From the NCBI GenBank assembly GCA_038212035.1, contig JBBQUZ010000010.1:2662-66661 (forward strand): DNA of 64,000 nt. The letters run 5' to 3'. This document shows positions 27,548 to 36,970 of the stretch, piece after piece. A model generated the notes under the pieces. The model made no database searches. It saw nothing but the letters and a program-made list of their open reading frames with translations, and was not told the DNA's origin. Within the stretch, counting starts at the first letter, position 1, and each line of letters starts with the position of its first letter. The position numbers and the translations under genes were made by a program. The stretch is from Fimbriimonadales bacterium (lineage in GTDB: Bacteria > Armatimonadota > Fimbriimonadia > Fimbriimonadales > Fimbriimonadaceae).

Positions 27548-29392
27548 CTAACGGGCAATTCGTAAATGGCGGCTGCTTACCTGAACGGGTCGAATCGTAA
27601 TCGTCGCCGGGTAACTGCTTCCTGAAAGGGGCATCGTAATCATTTCCAAGTTCCTAACTTGCCCCGGGGCCAAATGCAATTTCAGCAACTGCGCTTCCTC
27701 TTTGGGCTGCAAAAGAGGTGTCTGAAGAATTTTGCCGTTGACCGAAAAAATCGCCCCCGAGTATCCCGCGCTAGATTCAAAAGTGACCTCAATGTCTTGC
27801 CCCAGCGAGGTTGGATTATCGAGTCTGGCATTGATGCTGTAGACCACGCCAAAATTTCCATCGAGCGGTCTCTCATTATCTTGGCGGTTAATCGGACTCT
27901 GCCCGATGCGTACAAACCCGTACCGTCCGCCAACGTGATAGCTCACCGTCTCGATACGTAACGGGTTTGGGTAAATGCTTTCAGAGTGCTCGTAGGGGGC
28001 GGTATCGTACTGCGTCATCAACCCAGCCCCCACTTCTTGCCACGGAGTTGAGCTGGCCAATGCCGCAACCCAGCGCTGATCTACGGTAAAGGGTGGCCAG
28101 GCATCGGTCCTCACCAAGATGTCCTCGGGGCCATCCAATAACCTCAGACTGCACAATCCACTCACCGTCTCTCCCGGCGAAAAGCGCCGGAGCGAAATGG
28201 GCAAACTGCTTTTTGGCGGGATAGTAACCACCTCGCCACTCCCCCAAAGCCAAGCGGGTAGGTACTGATGGGCCGCAGTGAGACCTGCCCGAACCGGGTT
28301 TCGGTCCGGATCGCTGTCGCCGGGGATCAACACCACGTGAGCCGCGACATCGGACTTGTTAACGGCCTGAACCCGCAGAAACATGGCCTGACTTGCCTGA
28401 TTTGAGTGATGGTAGAGCAATCGAACGGGGGTCGTGCGACGAAGCCGCGCACTGAACAACGAACCCGCCTTAGTCACCGACTCAGGATCATTGCTGTACC
28501 ACAGCTCCGCATCGTTTCTAGCGAGACCGCCAATGTTTCTAATCGACACCTCAACCAAGCCAGTCCGTGGAAAAGCACCCGGCGCCTTGACCGATACCCG
28601 GACCCGGAATGAACGAGTCTGTCCCGCCCCTACGTGCGCACCTCTAAGTGACTTAAACAGAATGTGAGAATCAGGTTGGGAAATTAACTGAGAACGAATT
28701 GCGCCTTCGATTGTGCGCGTCACCGTAGATGCGGTAGCCGGATCACCGGCTACTACGCCACGCATGGATTGAGGGAATGCCGCCGCATAGGGCCGAACAT
28801 CAATGTTGAGCTCCGTTGCTGATCCATTTGCCTCTACCGTTATCCTCACTTGACCGGGTGCTTTCGTTTCCAGTCGGATTCCGCCGGTCACTCGTGATGC
28901 CGTGGCAATTACAGGATCAGAGCTAGAAACTTCGGCACTCTGCACTTGGCTTCCCACCAACTGAATAAATTTGGATGTCGTGATGGGCAGAGTCAGTTCA
29001 CTCTCCGCCAACTGCAGGGCGGGAAGCGCATAAGACACTTGGAGGCGACTGGCATAGCGGGCCGCCAATATGGACACGCTCGTGCCGTTGGCCCGGGCAT
29101 CAGCCGGTGAAATTCGAATCACCATCTTGCCGTCTGCGACCACGGCAAAATTCCGTCGATTGATCCGGCGAATTCGGATATCAAGGTTCGTGTCTAGACC
29201 CTGCAGTAAATGAGCAAGATTAAGTGCCCTTCGCGCGGGTGAAAACCCACCTAACGGGGCCCGAAATCGAAGCGTCGCAACTTCATTCACGATGACGATC
29301 GGGCCGGAAGACCGAATATTAGCAGCAGGGGATAAACTCGGTGCCCCCACAAAGGTAGCAATGAGGGCAATGACCCAGGAAAAGCGATTCAT
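27548..29392 (-). CDS. large secreted hypothetical protein with a Big_2-like Ig domain
   Basis: 614 aa. The signal peptide is MNRFSWVIALIATFVGAPSLSPAA. The segment SSDPVIATASRVTGGIRLETKAPGQVRITVEANGSATELNIDV resembles bacterial Ig-like group 2. The C-terminal ~350 aa are unassigned. Confidence 0.6.
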   Translation of the reverse strand: MNRFSWVIALIATFVGAPSLSPAANIRSSGPIVIVNEVATLRFRAPLGGFSPARRALNLAHLLQGLDTNLDIRIRRINRRNFAVVADGKMVIRISPADARANGTSVSILAARYASRLQVSYALPALQLAESELTLPITTSKFIQLVGSQVQSAEVSSSDPVIATASRVTGGIRLETKAPGQVRITVEANGSATELNIDVRPYAAAFPQSMRGVVAGDPATASTVTRTIEGAIRSQLISQPDSHILFKSLRGAHVGAGQTRSFRVRVSVKAPGAFPRTGLVEVSIRNIGGLARNDAELWYSNDPESVTKAGSLFSARLRRTTPVRLLYHHSNQASQAMFLRVQAVNKSDVAAHVVLIPGDSDPDRNPVRAGLTAAHQYLPAWLWGSGEVVTIPPKSSLPISLRRFSPGETVSGLCSLRLLDGPEDILVRTDAWPPFTVDQRWVAALASSTPWQEVGAGLMTQYDTAPYEHSESIYPNPLRIETVSYHVGGRYGFVRIGQSPINRQDNERPLDGNFGVVYSINARLDNPTSLGQDIEVTFESSAGYSGAIFSVNGKILQTPLLQPKEEAQLLKLHLAPGQVRNLEMITMPLSGSSYPATITIRPVQVSSRHLRIAR

Positions 29393-29481
29393 ATAATTGA
29401 TCCTTCAAGGTTACCAGCGGGCTTAACCGTTACCGGGCCTAACCTCTCGAATCGGTCGGGAAAGGTAAGCTCGCTTTAATA

Positions 29482-30978
29482 ATGGGTTCAATTCAGGCAG
29501 AAAATTACATTGACGGCAACTGGCAAAAATCTTCGAATCGATTTACGAGCCACAATCCCGCGGACGTTCGAGACGAGATCGGATCGGCTCCCCTCAGCAC
29601 CTCGGCAGATGTGGATTATGCGGTCTCTTCCGCTAAGAAAGCCTACGAAACCTGGCGCGAATTGAGCTGGGTGAAGCGAGCTGAGTTAATCGACGCGTTT
29701 GCTCAGTTGATGAAGCGAGATGTAATGGAAATTGCGGCTTTGGTAACCAAAGAGTGCGGCAAGCCGATCAATGAGGGTCGGGCCGATGCCGTGGAAGCCC
29801 TCCATATGGCCCAATACGTGGCGGGCCTCGGTCGCTTGCCCATTGGTTACGCCATCAGTTCTGAAATTGCGGCCAAAGATGCGTATATCCTGCGAAAGTC
29901 CAAGGGCGTAGTGGCCTGCATCACCCCTTGGAACTTCCCTTCCGCAATTCCCCTCTGGGTGATATTGCCGTCCATTCTCGCGGGCAACACCGTTGTTTTC
30001 AAACCCGCCGAGCAAACGCCAATCGTGGCCCACAAGCTGATGTCTTTATTCCACGAAGCTGGATTCCCGGCGGGCGTAATCAACCTCATTCACGGAATGG
30101 GAGAGCAGGCAGGCGATCCGCTCGTGAAGCATAAAGACGTTGCCGCAATCCTCTTTACAGGCTCTCGTGCCGTCGGCAAATACATCCAGCAAGTTGCAGC
30201 CGGGGATGCTTACAAGTTCGTCGCCACAGAAATGGGAGGTAAGAACGCAACCATTGTGCTGGATGATGCTGACCTAGACATCGCCGTGAACGCCTGCATT
30301 CTGGGAGCCTTCAAGACGTCCGGCCAGAGATGCGTGAGCACCAGTCGAATCATCATTGACCGCAAAATCGAACCCGCATTTACCAAGCGATATGTAGAAA
30401 TGGTTAAGCGAATCCACATTGGCGATGGAATGAAAGAAGAGACCTTCATGGGTCCGTTGATTGAAGCGGGAGGCGTGGAAAAATGGAAGACTCACAACGC
30501 CAAGGCAAAAGAAGAGGGAGCAGAAGTTTTAATCGACGGTCAGGTGCTTTCCGAGGGAATTTACGCCCACGGAAACTTTGTGAGCCCGTTCGTCTATCGG
30601 TTTGAGCACTACAAAAAGAACACCTTCTGTCTGCGAGAAGAAGCATTCAGCCCCCACGTGGCCATCATTGGCGTGGATGGGATGGAAGAAGCGGTTGAAG
30701 TCTATAACGACACCGATTACGGTCTTGCCATGGCCGTGATCACCGAAGACTATCGAAAATGGCGTTGGGTGCGAGATCACGCAGATTATGGCCTTGGTTA
30801 TGTTAATCTGCCCAGTATCGGAGCCGAAGTTCACCTCCCATTCGGCGGCGTTAAGGCCAGCGGCAACGGTCATCCGGGCGCGGAAGGAATTCTGGATTCG
30901 GTAACCCACCGAGTGGCATTTACGGTGAATAACGCCCATGAGATTGTGATGGCTCAGGGGTTGAGTACAACGATTTGA
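29482..30978 (+). CDS. NAD(P)-dependent aldehyde dehydrogenase
   Basis: 498 aa. The ALDH motifs are present: FTGSRAVGKYI, the catalytic Glu in ATEMGGKNA, and the catalytic Cys in SGQRCVSTSR. Confidence 0.9.
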   Translation: MGSIQAENYIDGNWQKSSNRFTSHNPADVRDEIGSAPLSTSADVDYAVSSAKKAYETWRELSWVKRAELIDAFAQLMKRDVMEIAALVTKECGKPINEGRADAVEALHMAQYVAGLGRLPIGYAISSEIAAKDAYILRKSKGVVACITPWNFPSAIPLWVILPSILAGNTVVFKPAEQTPIVAHKLMSLFHEAGFPAGVINLIHGMGEQAGDPLVKHKDVAAILFTGSRAVGKYIQQVAAGDAYKFVATEMGGKNATIVLDDADLDIAVNACILGAFKTSGQRCVSTSRIIIDRKIEPAFTKRYVEMVKRIHIGDGMKEETFMGPLIEAGGVEKWKTHNAKAKEEGAEVLIDGQVLSEGIYAHGNFVSPFVYRFEHYKKNTFCLREEAFSPHVAIIGVDGMEEAVEVYNDTDYGLAMAVITEDYRKWRWVRDHADYGLGYVNLPSIGAEVHLPFGGVKASGNGHPGAEGILDSVTHRVAFTVNNAHEIVMAQGLSTTI

Positions 30979-31024
30979 ATTTTCGGTTCGGGTTTGAGCC
31001 GATTTTGGGAAAACTGAGATTGGC

Positions 31025-31702
31025 TTGAAGACCACCTTAATTTTGGATGCGTTACAATCACCCGTGACTTTCCGAGCCGAAGCTATTCTGTTTGATCTTG
31101 ACGGCACGCTCGTTCATTCGATTGTTGCCGTTGACCGCGCTTGGACGCGGTTTGCGATTCGTCACAACCTAGACCCTGCATCTGTATTGCCGCAAATTCA
31201 TGGACGTCGGGCTCTGGATTCGATCCAACTTCTGCTTCCTCACGTGGATGCAGAAGCAGAGAGTGCAGTTCTCCGAGCATGGGAATCGGAAGACACGGAG
31301 GGAATCAGTTTGGTGCCCGGTGCCCTTGAATTTCTCCGGTCACTACCTTCAGATCGTTGGGGAATCGTTACGTCGGGGACCCAAGACGTGGCCTCGGCGA
31401 GGCTGCAGGCGGTGGGAATTCCTCAGCCGAAGGTGTTTGTTACCGGCGAGCAAGTGATCAACGGAAAGCCATCGCCTGACGCCTACCTTCTGGGTGCGGA
31501 ACGATTGATGATTCCCCCCGACTGTTGTTTGGTTTTTGAGGATGTCCTGGCGGGCTATCTGGCGGGCAAGGCAGCGGGGATGCAGGTGGTGGCCATCACT
31601 TCGTCGCCAACCCTCCCCAAACCTGCCGACGCCAAGATTTCTGACTACCGAGGTTGCGTAGTTCAGCTGAAAAATGGTGTCTTAACCGTAGTTCTGAGTT
31701 GA
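31025..31702 (+). CDS. HAD-superfamily hydrolase (sugar-phosphatase/beta-phosphoglucomutase-like subfamily IA)
   Basis: 225 aa. HAD motif I is ILFDLDGTLV, motif II is VTSG, and motifs III/IV are K...FEDVLAG. Confidence 0.8.
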   Translation: MKTTLILDALQSPVTFRAEAILFDLDGTLVHSIVAVDRAWTRFAIRHNLDPASVLPQIHGRRALDSIQLLLPHVDAEAESAVLRAWESEDTEGISLVPGALEFLRSLPSDRWGIVTSGTQDVASARLQAVGIPQPKVFVTGEQVINGKPSPDAYLLGAERLMIPPDCCLVFEDVLAGYLAGKAAGMQVVAITSSPTLPKPADAKISDYRGCVVQLKNGVLTVVLS

Positions 31703-31731
31703 CCTCAGAATGGCTATTTCACAAAGCAAGT

Positions 31732-31763
31732 CGGTGCGTCAAGCTCGCTCGCTTGACGCACCG
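31732..31763. terminator. hairpin between the convergent HAD hydrolase and glgP genes
   Basis: A 13-bp perfect stem pairs cggtgcgtcaagc (31732-31744) with gcttgacgcaccg (31751-31763) around a 6-nt loop. Confidence 0.6.
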
Positions 31764-31796
31764 ATAGCGGACATTTGATTTTGAGCGGCTCCTACG

Positions 31797-34361
31797 TCAT
31801 TCCCAGGTCACAAGGGTGAGCTCGTGCGCCACGTTAACATCGGCGTGCTTGGGGACCACCCGAACCGTGTATCCCTGGTGACCGGCGGATCCGCAGACTA
31901 GGCTTCCCTCAAACACGTGGAGTGAGCCATCCGCTGACTTGTGGGCCATGCTTACCAACTTAGCATCAATAATTTCACGATTAGGTCCAATTCGACCGAT
32001 CACCGCCTGAACATCAACGTCATCGACGGATAATCCATTGAGTTCTATCCCCGCCTGAAGGCAGAATTCTTTGCCGAGCGGATTGGAGCTACCCGCGGTA
32101 TCTTTAACCCAACTGACCCTCACCTGATTCCAACTGCTTTGAACCCGATCTCGCCAAGCCAAAGCGTCTTTGGCTCGGTTAAGATTTGGCTCAGAAAAAC
32201 TGTGATACGCCGCGGCGGCCGGCATGTAAGAGCTGGTGGCGTAATCTCTAACCATTCGGCTAGTGGAGAACTCTGGAGCATGATTCATGATGGATTTCTT
32301 CACCATCTGGATCCAGCCGCCAGGCACGCCATTTTCCACTCGGTGGTAGAAAATCGGGGTGATTTCATTCTCCAAGAGGTGATAGAGCGCTCGGCTATCC
32401 AGCCAATCTTGGTGCCCGGCGTCTTGCGTTTCTGACCGATCGTTGATCGCCCAGCCAATCCCGGGTTCGTAGCCCTCGTCCCACCAACCATCAAGGATGG
32501 AGCAGTTAAGTCCGCCATTGGGAACCACCTTCATTCCGCTGGTTCCGCTGGCCTCATAGGGTCGGCGTGGATTATTCAACCACAGATCAACCCCCTGTAC
32601 CAAGGCACGAGCAACGCCCATATCGTAGTCTTCCAGGAAAACCATACGGGCGCGAGCGCCGCTGGTATTAATGAAGTTCACCAAATCTTGAATGATATGC
32701 TTGCCCCCGTCGTCCCGCGGATGACTCTTGCCCGCGATTACGATTTGCACTGGCCGTTCGGGATGGAAGAGAATCCCCTTCAACCTCTCACGGTCGGTCA
32801 GCATTAGCGAAGCTCGTTTATACGTTGCAAATCGTCGGGCAAATCCGATGGTAAGGATGCGGGGATCAAGAATCCCGTTGATCATGCCAAATTCCGGTTT
32901 GTTCAGGGTTCGTCGCTCTAGATCATTCTGCAAGCGGCGGCGGATATACCGAATCAGTTCGCCTCTCTGGTTCTCCAACGCAGACCACAGATCTTCATCC
33001 GGAATATTTGCCACGCCGGCCCATGTTGCTTTGTCCTGAGGATTTCGTCGCCAATCCGCATCCAAGTGCTCATCAAACAGCGCAGCCATCCGAAGGCTTA
33101 CCCAGGTCATCGTATGAATGCCGTTGGTTACCGCGCTCACCGGAACTTCATCCTCTGGATAAGATGGCCATCGATCTGAAAACATGCCTCTGCTCACCTT
33201 GGCGTGAAGCTTAGAGACGCCGTTCACGTGGTTCGCATTCTCCATTGCCAGTACTGCCATGTTAAACGCTTCCGCCGTATTGTCTGCATCCACTCGACCG
33301 AGTCGCAAAAACTCATTGAAGTTTAGGCCGGTTGCGGCAACCGTCTTGCCCATGTACTTTTGAAGCAGCTCCGGATAAAACAGGTCAAACCCAGCGGGAA
33401 CCGGGGTATGCGTGGTGAAGACGTTTCCAGAAACAATCACCTGTCGAGCGGTTCTAAAGTCGCAACCTCGCTCGGCCATAAACTGCCGAATCCGCTCGAT
33501 GGACATGAAGGCGGCGTGTCCTTCGTTCATGTGACAGACCGTTGGGTTGATGCCGACTGCTCTCAAAGCGCGAAGCCCGCCAATTCCCAGGATCATCTCT
33601 TGCCTAATTCGCATCTCCTCGTCGCCGCCGTAAAGGGTGTCCGTTATTCCTTGATCGGTAGGCTGATTCTCCAAGACGTTGCTGTCCAGCAAATAAAGCG
33701 GAATGCGACCGATCTCGGCGCGCCACACCTGGCAGGTGACCACTCGATCTGGGAATTCCACTTCAATCCGGAGCGGTTGATCATTTTCGCCGCGAATCAG
33801 GGTTAAAGGCATCTGGTAGAAGTCGTATTCGGGATAGATTTCTTGTTGCCAACCGTCGTGGTTCAACCGCTGTCTGAAATAGCCCCGGTTATAGAGGAGT
33901 CCTACTCCAACCAACGGAATTCCCAAATCGCTCGCCGCTTTAAGGTGATCTCCCGCCAGAACTCCTAGGCCCCCAGAGTAGATGGGAAGCCCTTCAGAAA
34001 TCCCAAATTCTGCGCAGAAATACGCGACGGTTGTCTTTTCTCGTTCGCCGGGATACGCTTGATCAAACCATGTTTTGCTCCCCAGGTAAGCGTCTAAAGA
34101 ATCCACCGCATGGTTCAGTCTCGCTACAAATACGGAATCAGCGGCAAGTTTCGCAATCTTCTCTCCCTCGATAGAGTTAAGGAACAGGATGGTGTTGTGC
34201 TCACACTTCGTCCATAGTTCACGATCCATACTGCGAAATATGTCGCGCGCCTCATGATCCCAGGTCCAGCGGAAGTTTGATGCCAGCTTTTTTAGCGGCC
34301 GGAGTGCCTCGGGGAGGTCAGTGGTAACCTCAAATGCGTGAGAAAACTTTGGATTCTTCAT
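31797..34361 (-). CDS. glgP: alpha-glucan phosphorylase (GT35 family)
   Basis: 854 aa. Motifs AYFCAEFGI, GGLGVLAGDHLK and EASGTSGMK (the pyridoxal-phosphate Lys region) are characteristic of alpha-glucan phosphorylases. Confidence 0.9.
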   Translation of the reverse strand: MKNPKFSHAFEVTTDLPEALRPLKKLASNFRWTWDHEARDIFRSMDRELWTKCEHNTILFLNSIEGEKIAKLAADSVFVARLNHAVDSLDAYLGSKTWFDQAYPGEREKTTVAYFCAEFGISEGLPIYSGGLGVLAGDHLKAASDLGIPLVGVGLLYNRGYFRQRLNHDGWQQEIYPEYDFYQMPLTLIRGENDQPLRIEVEFPDRVVTCQVWRAEIGRIPLYLLDSNVLENQPTDQGITDTLYGGDEEMRIRQEMILGIGGLRALRAVGINPTVCHMNEGHAAFMSIERIRQFMAERGCDFRTARQVIVSGNVFTTHTPVPAGFDLFYPELLQKYMGKTVAATGLNFNEFLRLGRVDADNTAEAFNMAVLAMENANHVNGVSKLHAKVSRGMFSDRWPSYPEDEVPVSAVTNGIHTMTWVSLRMAALFDEHLDADWRRNPQDKATWAGVANIPDEDLWSALENQRGELIRYIRRRLQNDLERRTLNKPEFGMINGILDPRILTIGFARRFATYKRASLMLTDRERLKGILFHPERPVQIVIAGKSHPRDDGGKHIIQDLVNFINTSGARARMVFLEDYDMGVARALVQGVDLWLNNPRRPYEASGTSGMKVVPNGGLNCSILDGWWDEGYEPGIGWAINDRSETQDAGHQDWLDSRALYHLLENEITPIFYHRVENGVPGGWIQMVKKSIMNHAPEFSTSRMVRDYATSSYMPAAAAYHSFSEPNLNRAKDALAWRDRVQSSWNQVRVSWVKDTAGSSNPLGKEFCLQAGIELNGLSVDDVDVQAVIGRIGPNREIIDAKLVSMAHKSADGSLHVFEGSLVCGSAGHQGYTVRVVPKHADVNVAHELTLVTWE

Positions 34362-34497
34362 GTGGACTGGTAATTATTGTAGGTCAAAGCAAGCTTGAAT
34401 CTGAGAGGGTAACCGGTCCTTTTTCTAAACGGGGCCCAATTGACGTCGACCGGCAACGAGCTTAGAGCGTCTTTAGTCAGGTAGAACAACCACTGCG

Positions 34498-35199
34498 ATG
34501 TTGGATATTCAAGGGATCAGCGTTTTCTACGGAGCCATCCAAGCGCTAGACAACGTCACCATCAACGTCCAACCCGGAGAGATCGTGGCCATCATTGGTT
34601 CTAATGGTGCGGGAAAGAGCACGCTGTTGAGGACCATAAGTGGATTACTAAGACCCCGAACCGGTACCGTCACCTTTAAAGACCGTGACTTGACGACCTG
34701 CCCACCCCACGAAATTGTAAAACTTGGTATTTCTCACTCTCCAGAAGGTCGTCGGATTTTCACCAACATGAGCGTTCATGAGAACCTTCAGTTGGGTGCT
34801 TACATTCGGAAGGATTCTAAAATCCAACAAGACATGGAAAAAGTGCTTGATCGCTTCCCCCGATTGCGGGAGCGATTTAAACAGAATGCGGGCACCATGA
34901 GCGGGGGCGAGCAACAGATGCTGGCCATCGGAAGGGCGCTGATGTCTCAGCCCGAGATCCTTTTGTTGGATGAACCTAGTTTGGGCCTTGCTCCAAACCT
35001 GGTGACCGAGATTTTTAATATTGTATTGGATCTCAACCGAGAAGGACGCACGATTTTGTTGGTAGAACAGAATGCAAATCGTGCCCTTGAAATAGCCCAC
35101 CGAGCCTACGTTCTAGAAACCGGCTGTATCGTGCTCAGCGATACGGGCCGAGCACTTCTGAGTAACCCTAAAGTAAAAGAAGCCTATTTGGGCGGCTAG
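34498..35199 (+). CDS. livF: ABC transporter ATP-binding protein, LivF (branched-chain amino acid) type
   Basis: 233 aa. It has Walker A GSNGAGKST, the signature MSGGEQQML and Walker B LLLDEPS. The LivF-like C-terminus is NPKVKEAYLGG. Confidence 0.8.
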   Translation: MLDIQGISVFYGAIQALDNVTINVQPGEIVAIIGSNGAGKSTLLRTISGLLRPRTGTVTFKDRDLTTCPPHEIVKLGISHSPEGRRIFTNMSVHENLQLGAYIRKDSKIQQDMEKVLDRFPRLRERFKQNAGTMSGGEQQMLAIGRALMSQPEILLLDEPSLGLAPNLVTEIFNIVLDLNREGRTILLVEQNANRALEIAHRAYVLETGCIVLSDTGRALLSNPKVKEAYLGG

Positions 35200-35226
35200 G
35201 CCAATAGGTCCACCCTCCTCGTTTTC

Positions 35227-35712
35227 GTGACAAACTTATCCATGCTCAAAACGTTACGATTCGAGCCGATTCAGGAAAACCACATTCCCGCTATTCTAGA
35301 CATTGAACGGGTTACTAACGGGGCGCCCTGGTCGGAACGAAGCTTTCGTAACGAATTAGATCACGTTCACGGCATCTTTCTCACCGCTTTTCAAGACGGT
35401 CAAGTGATTGGATTCGGCGGCATTTGGTGCGTGATAGATGAAGCCCATATCACCACGGTTGCGATTAGAGAAGATTGCCGACGCCAGGGTATTGGTGAGA
35501 AACTGATGGTGGAACTCCTCAGCCGAGCCAAAACAAAAGGAATGACCTGCTCCACGCTTGAAGTTAGAGCGAGTAACGATGCCGCGGTAAAGCTCTATGA
35601 GAAAATTGGCTTCATAGAGACGGCGCGGAGGAAGGGGTATTACCCAGACAACCGTGAAGACGCGGTCGTCATGTGGATGCACAACCTCCAGACGTGGGAT
35701 CCTCCTCGGTGA
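35227..35712 (+). CDS. rimI: ribosomal-protein-alanine N-acetyltransferase (GNAT)
   Basis: 161 aa. The GNAT acetyl-CoA motif is RRQGIGEKLM. It lies immediately upstream of tsaD, which is the usual gene order. Confidence 0.8.
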   Translation: MTNLSMLKTLRFEPIQENHIPAILDIERVTNGAPWSERSFRNELDHVHGIFLTAFQDGQVIGFGGIWCVIDEAHITTVAIREDCRRQGIGEKLMVELLSRAKTKGMTCSTLEVRASNDAAVKLYEKIGFIETARRKGYYPDNREDAVVMWMHNLQTWDPPR

Positions 35713-36752
35713 CTTTGCCGCCAACCGTGGAGTTTTTTGACGAACCCATTCTCGCAATTGAATCCAGTTGCGATGAAACAAGCGCGGCGGTAGTCGTCGG
35801 GCGGCAAGTCAGATCCAACGTCATTGCCAGCCAAATTGAAATGCATCGCAAGTGGGGTGGGATTGTCCCAGAAGCGGCAGCGCGTGCTCATGTGGAGGCC
35901 ATCCTTCCCGTCATCCAAGAAGCTTTGTCTGATGCTTACACGTCCCTGGCTGAGATCGGTGCCTTTGCGGTCACAAACCGACCCGGACTCATTGGTGCCC
36001 TGAGCGTTGGTCTTTCTTCCGCCAAAGCCTTAGCCCATGCAACCGGCAAGCCATTGATTGGAATCCATCACCTGGAAGGCCACCTACTCAGCGTTTTCGG
36101 TACGGATCAAGAAATTTTATTCCCTCACCTTGCGCTCATCGTATCGGGTGGACATACCGAACTCGTTTTGGTATCGGCGCCGGGTAAGTACGCCATCGTG
36201 GGAGAGACCCGCGACGACGCCGCCGGAGAAGCTTTTGATAAAACCGCCCGCCTATTAGGCCTTGGTTACCCCGGGGGATTTGCCATTCAGGAACTTGCCC
36301 GGACCGGAAACCCAAATCGATATCCCCTTCCCCGAGGCCTGAGCGGCAACACCTTTGAATTTAGCTTTAGTGGCCTCAAGACGGCCGTAATGCGCCTCGT
36401 CGAACGCGAGGGAGATCAGCTTTGCCGGGAAGATGCGGCGGCTTCCCTTCAGCAAGCGGTCGTCTCGGTGTTGGTAGACCGCGGAATCGCGGCGGCGGAA
36501 CGATGCGGGGTGGAAATGGTCACCTTGGTAGGCGGCGTGGCGGCAAACGAATCCTTGCGCACCGAACTTTCCGCTCGTTGCATAAGATCCGGAATGGCAT
36601 TTGTAACCCCGCCCCTAACCCTCTGCACCGATAACGCGGCGATGATTGGCCTTGCCGCCTCAACCCGCCTGGCGCGTCGTGAAGCGGATGATCACCACCT
36701 AGATGCCCAGTCTAACGCTGATCTTGCTGAACATCTGCCTTTGACTTCGTAA
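35709..36752 (+). CDS. tsaD: tRNA N6-adenosine threonylcarbamoyltransferase
   Basis: Motifs ILAIESSCDETSAAVV, GIHHLEGHL and VSGGHTEL are present. The ORF track starts at 35673. I place the start at the GTG at 35709, which overlaps the rimI TGA stop as GTGA. Confidence 0.9.
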   Translation: MTLPPTVEFFDEPILAIESSCDETSAAVVVGRQVRSNVIASQIEMHRKWGGIVPEAAARAHVEAILPVIQEALSDAYTSLAEIGAFAVTNRPGLIGALSVGLSSAKALAHATGKPLIGIHHLEGHLLSVFGTDQEILFPHLALIVSGGHTELVLVSAPGKYAIVGETRDDAAGEAFDKTARLLGLGYPGGFAIQELARTGNPNRYPLPRGLSGNTFEFSFSGLKTAVMRLVEREGDQLCREDAAASLQQAVVSVLVDRGIAAAERCGVEMVTLVGGVAANESLRTELSARCIRSGMAFVTPPLTLCTDNAAMIGLAASTRLARREADDHHLDAQSNADLAEHLPLTS

Positions 36753-36760
36753 CTCATCGT

Positions 36761-36970
36761 ATGCCACACGAAAATCGTCCGGTAACGATGTGCGTCTGCC
36801 ACAACAAGACGTTTGCTTCCCTCAAAGAAGCCAACGTGAAGTCACTAGAAGACGCGATGGAAAGGTTTGGATGCGGCTCAAACTGCGGCACCTGCGTTCC
36901 TTACATTCGCGCACTGCTGAAGACCGGGGAGGTTAGATTTGCAATTATTCCAATGGATCTGATTCTTTAA
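36761..36970 (+). CDS. BFD-like [2Fe-2S]-binding domain protein (bacterioferritin-associated ferredoxin-like)
   Basis: 69 aa. The Cys pattern C-x-C ... C-x2-C (MCVCHNKT...GCGSNCGTCVPYI) is typical of the Bfd family. Confidence 0.7.
   Translation: MPHENRPVTMCVCHNKTFASLKEANVKSLEDAMERFGCGSNCGTCVPYIRALLKTGEVRFAIIPMDLIL

Noticed and set aside
30529-31107. 192-aa minus-strand ORF
   Set aside because: It is antisense to the aldehyde dehydrogenase gene.
34648-35100. 150-aa minus-strand ORF
   Set aside because: It is antisense to the LivF-type ATPase, which has Walker A, signature and Walker B motifs.
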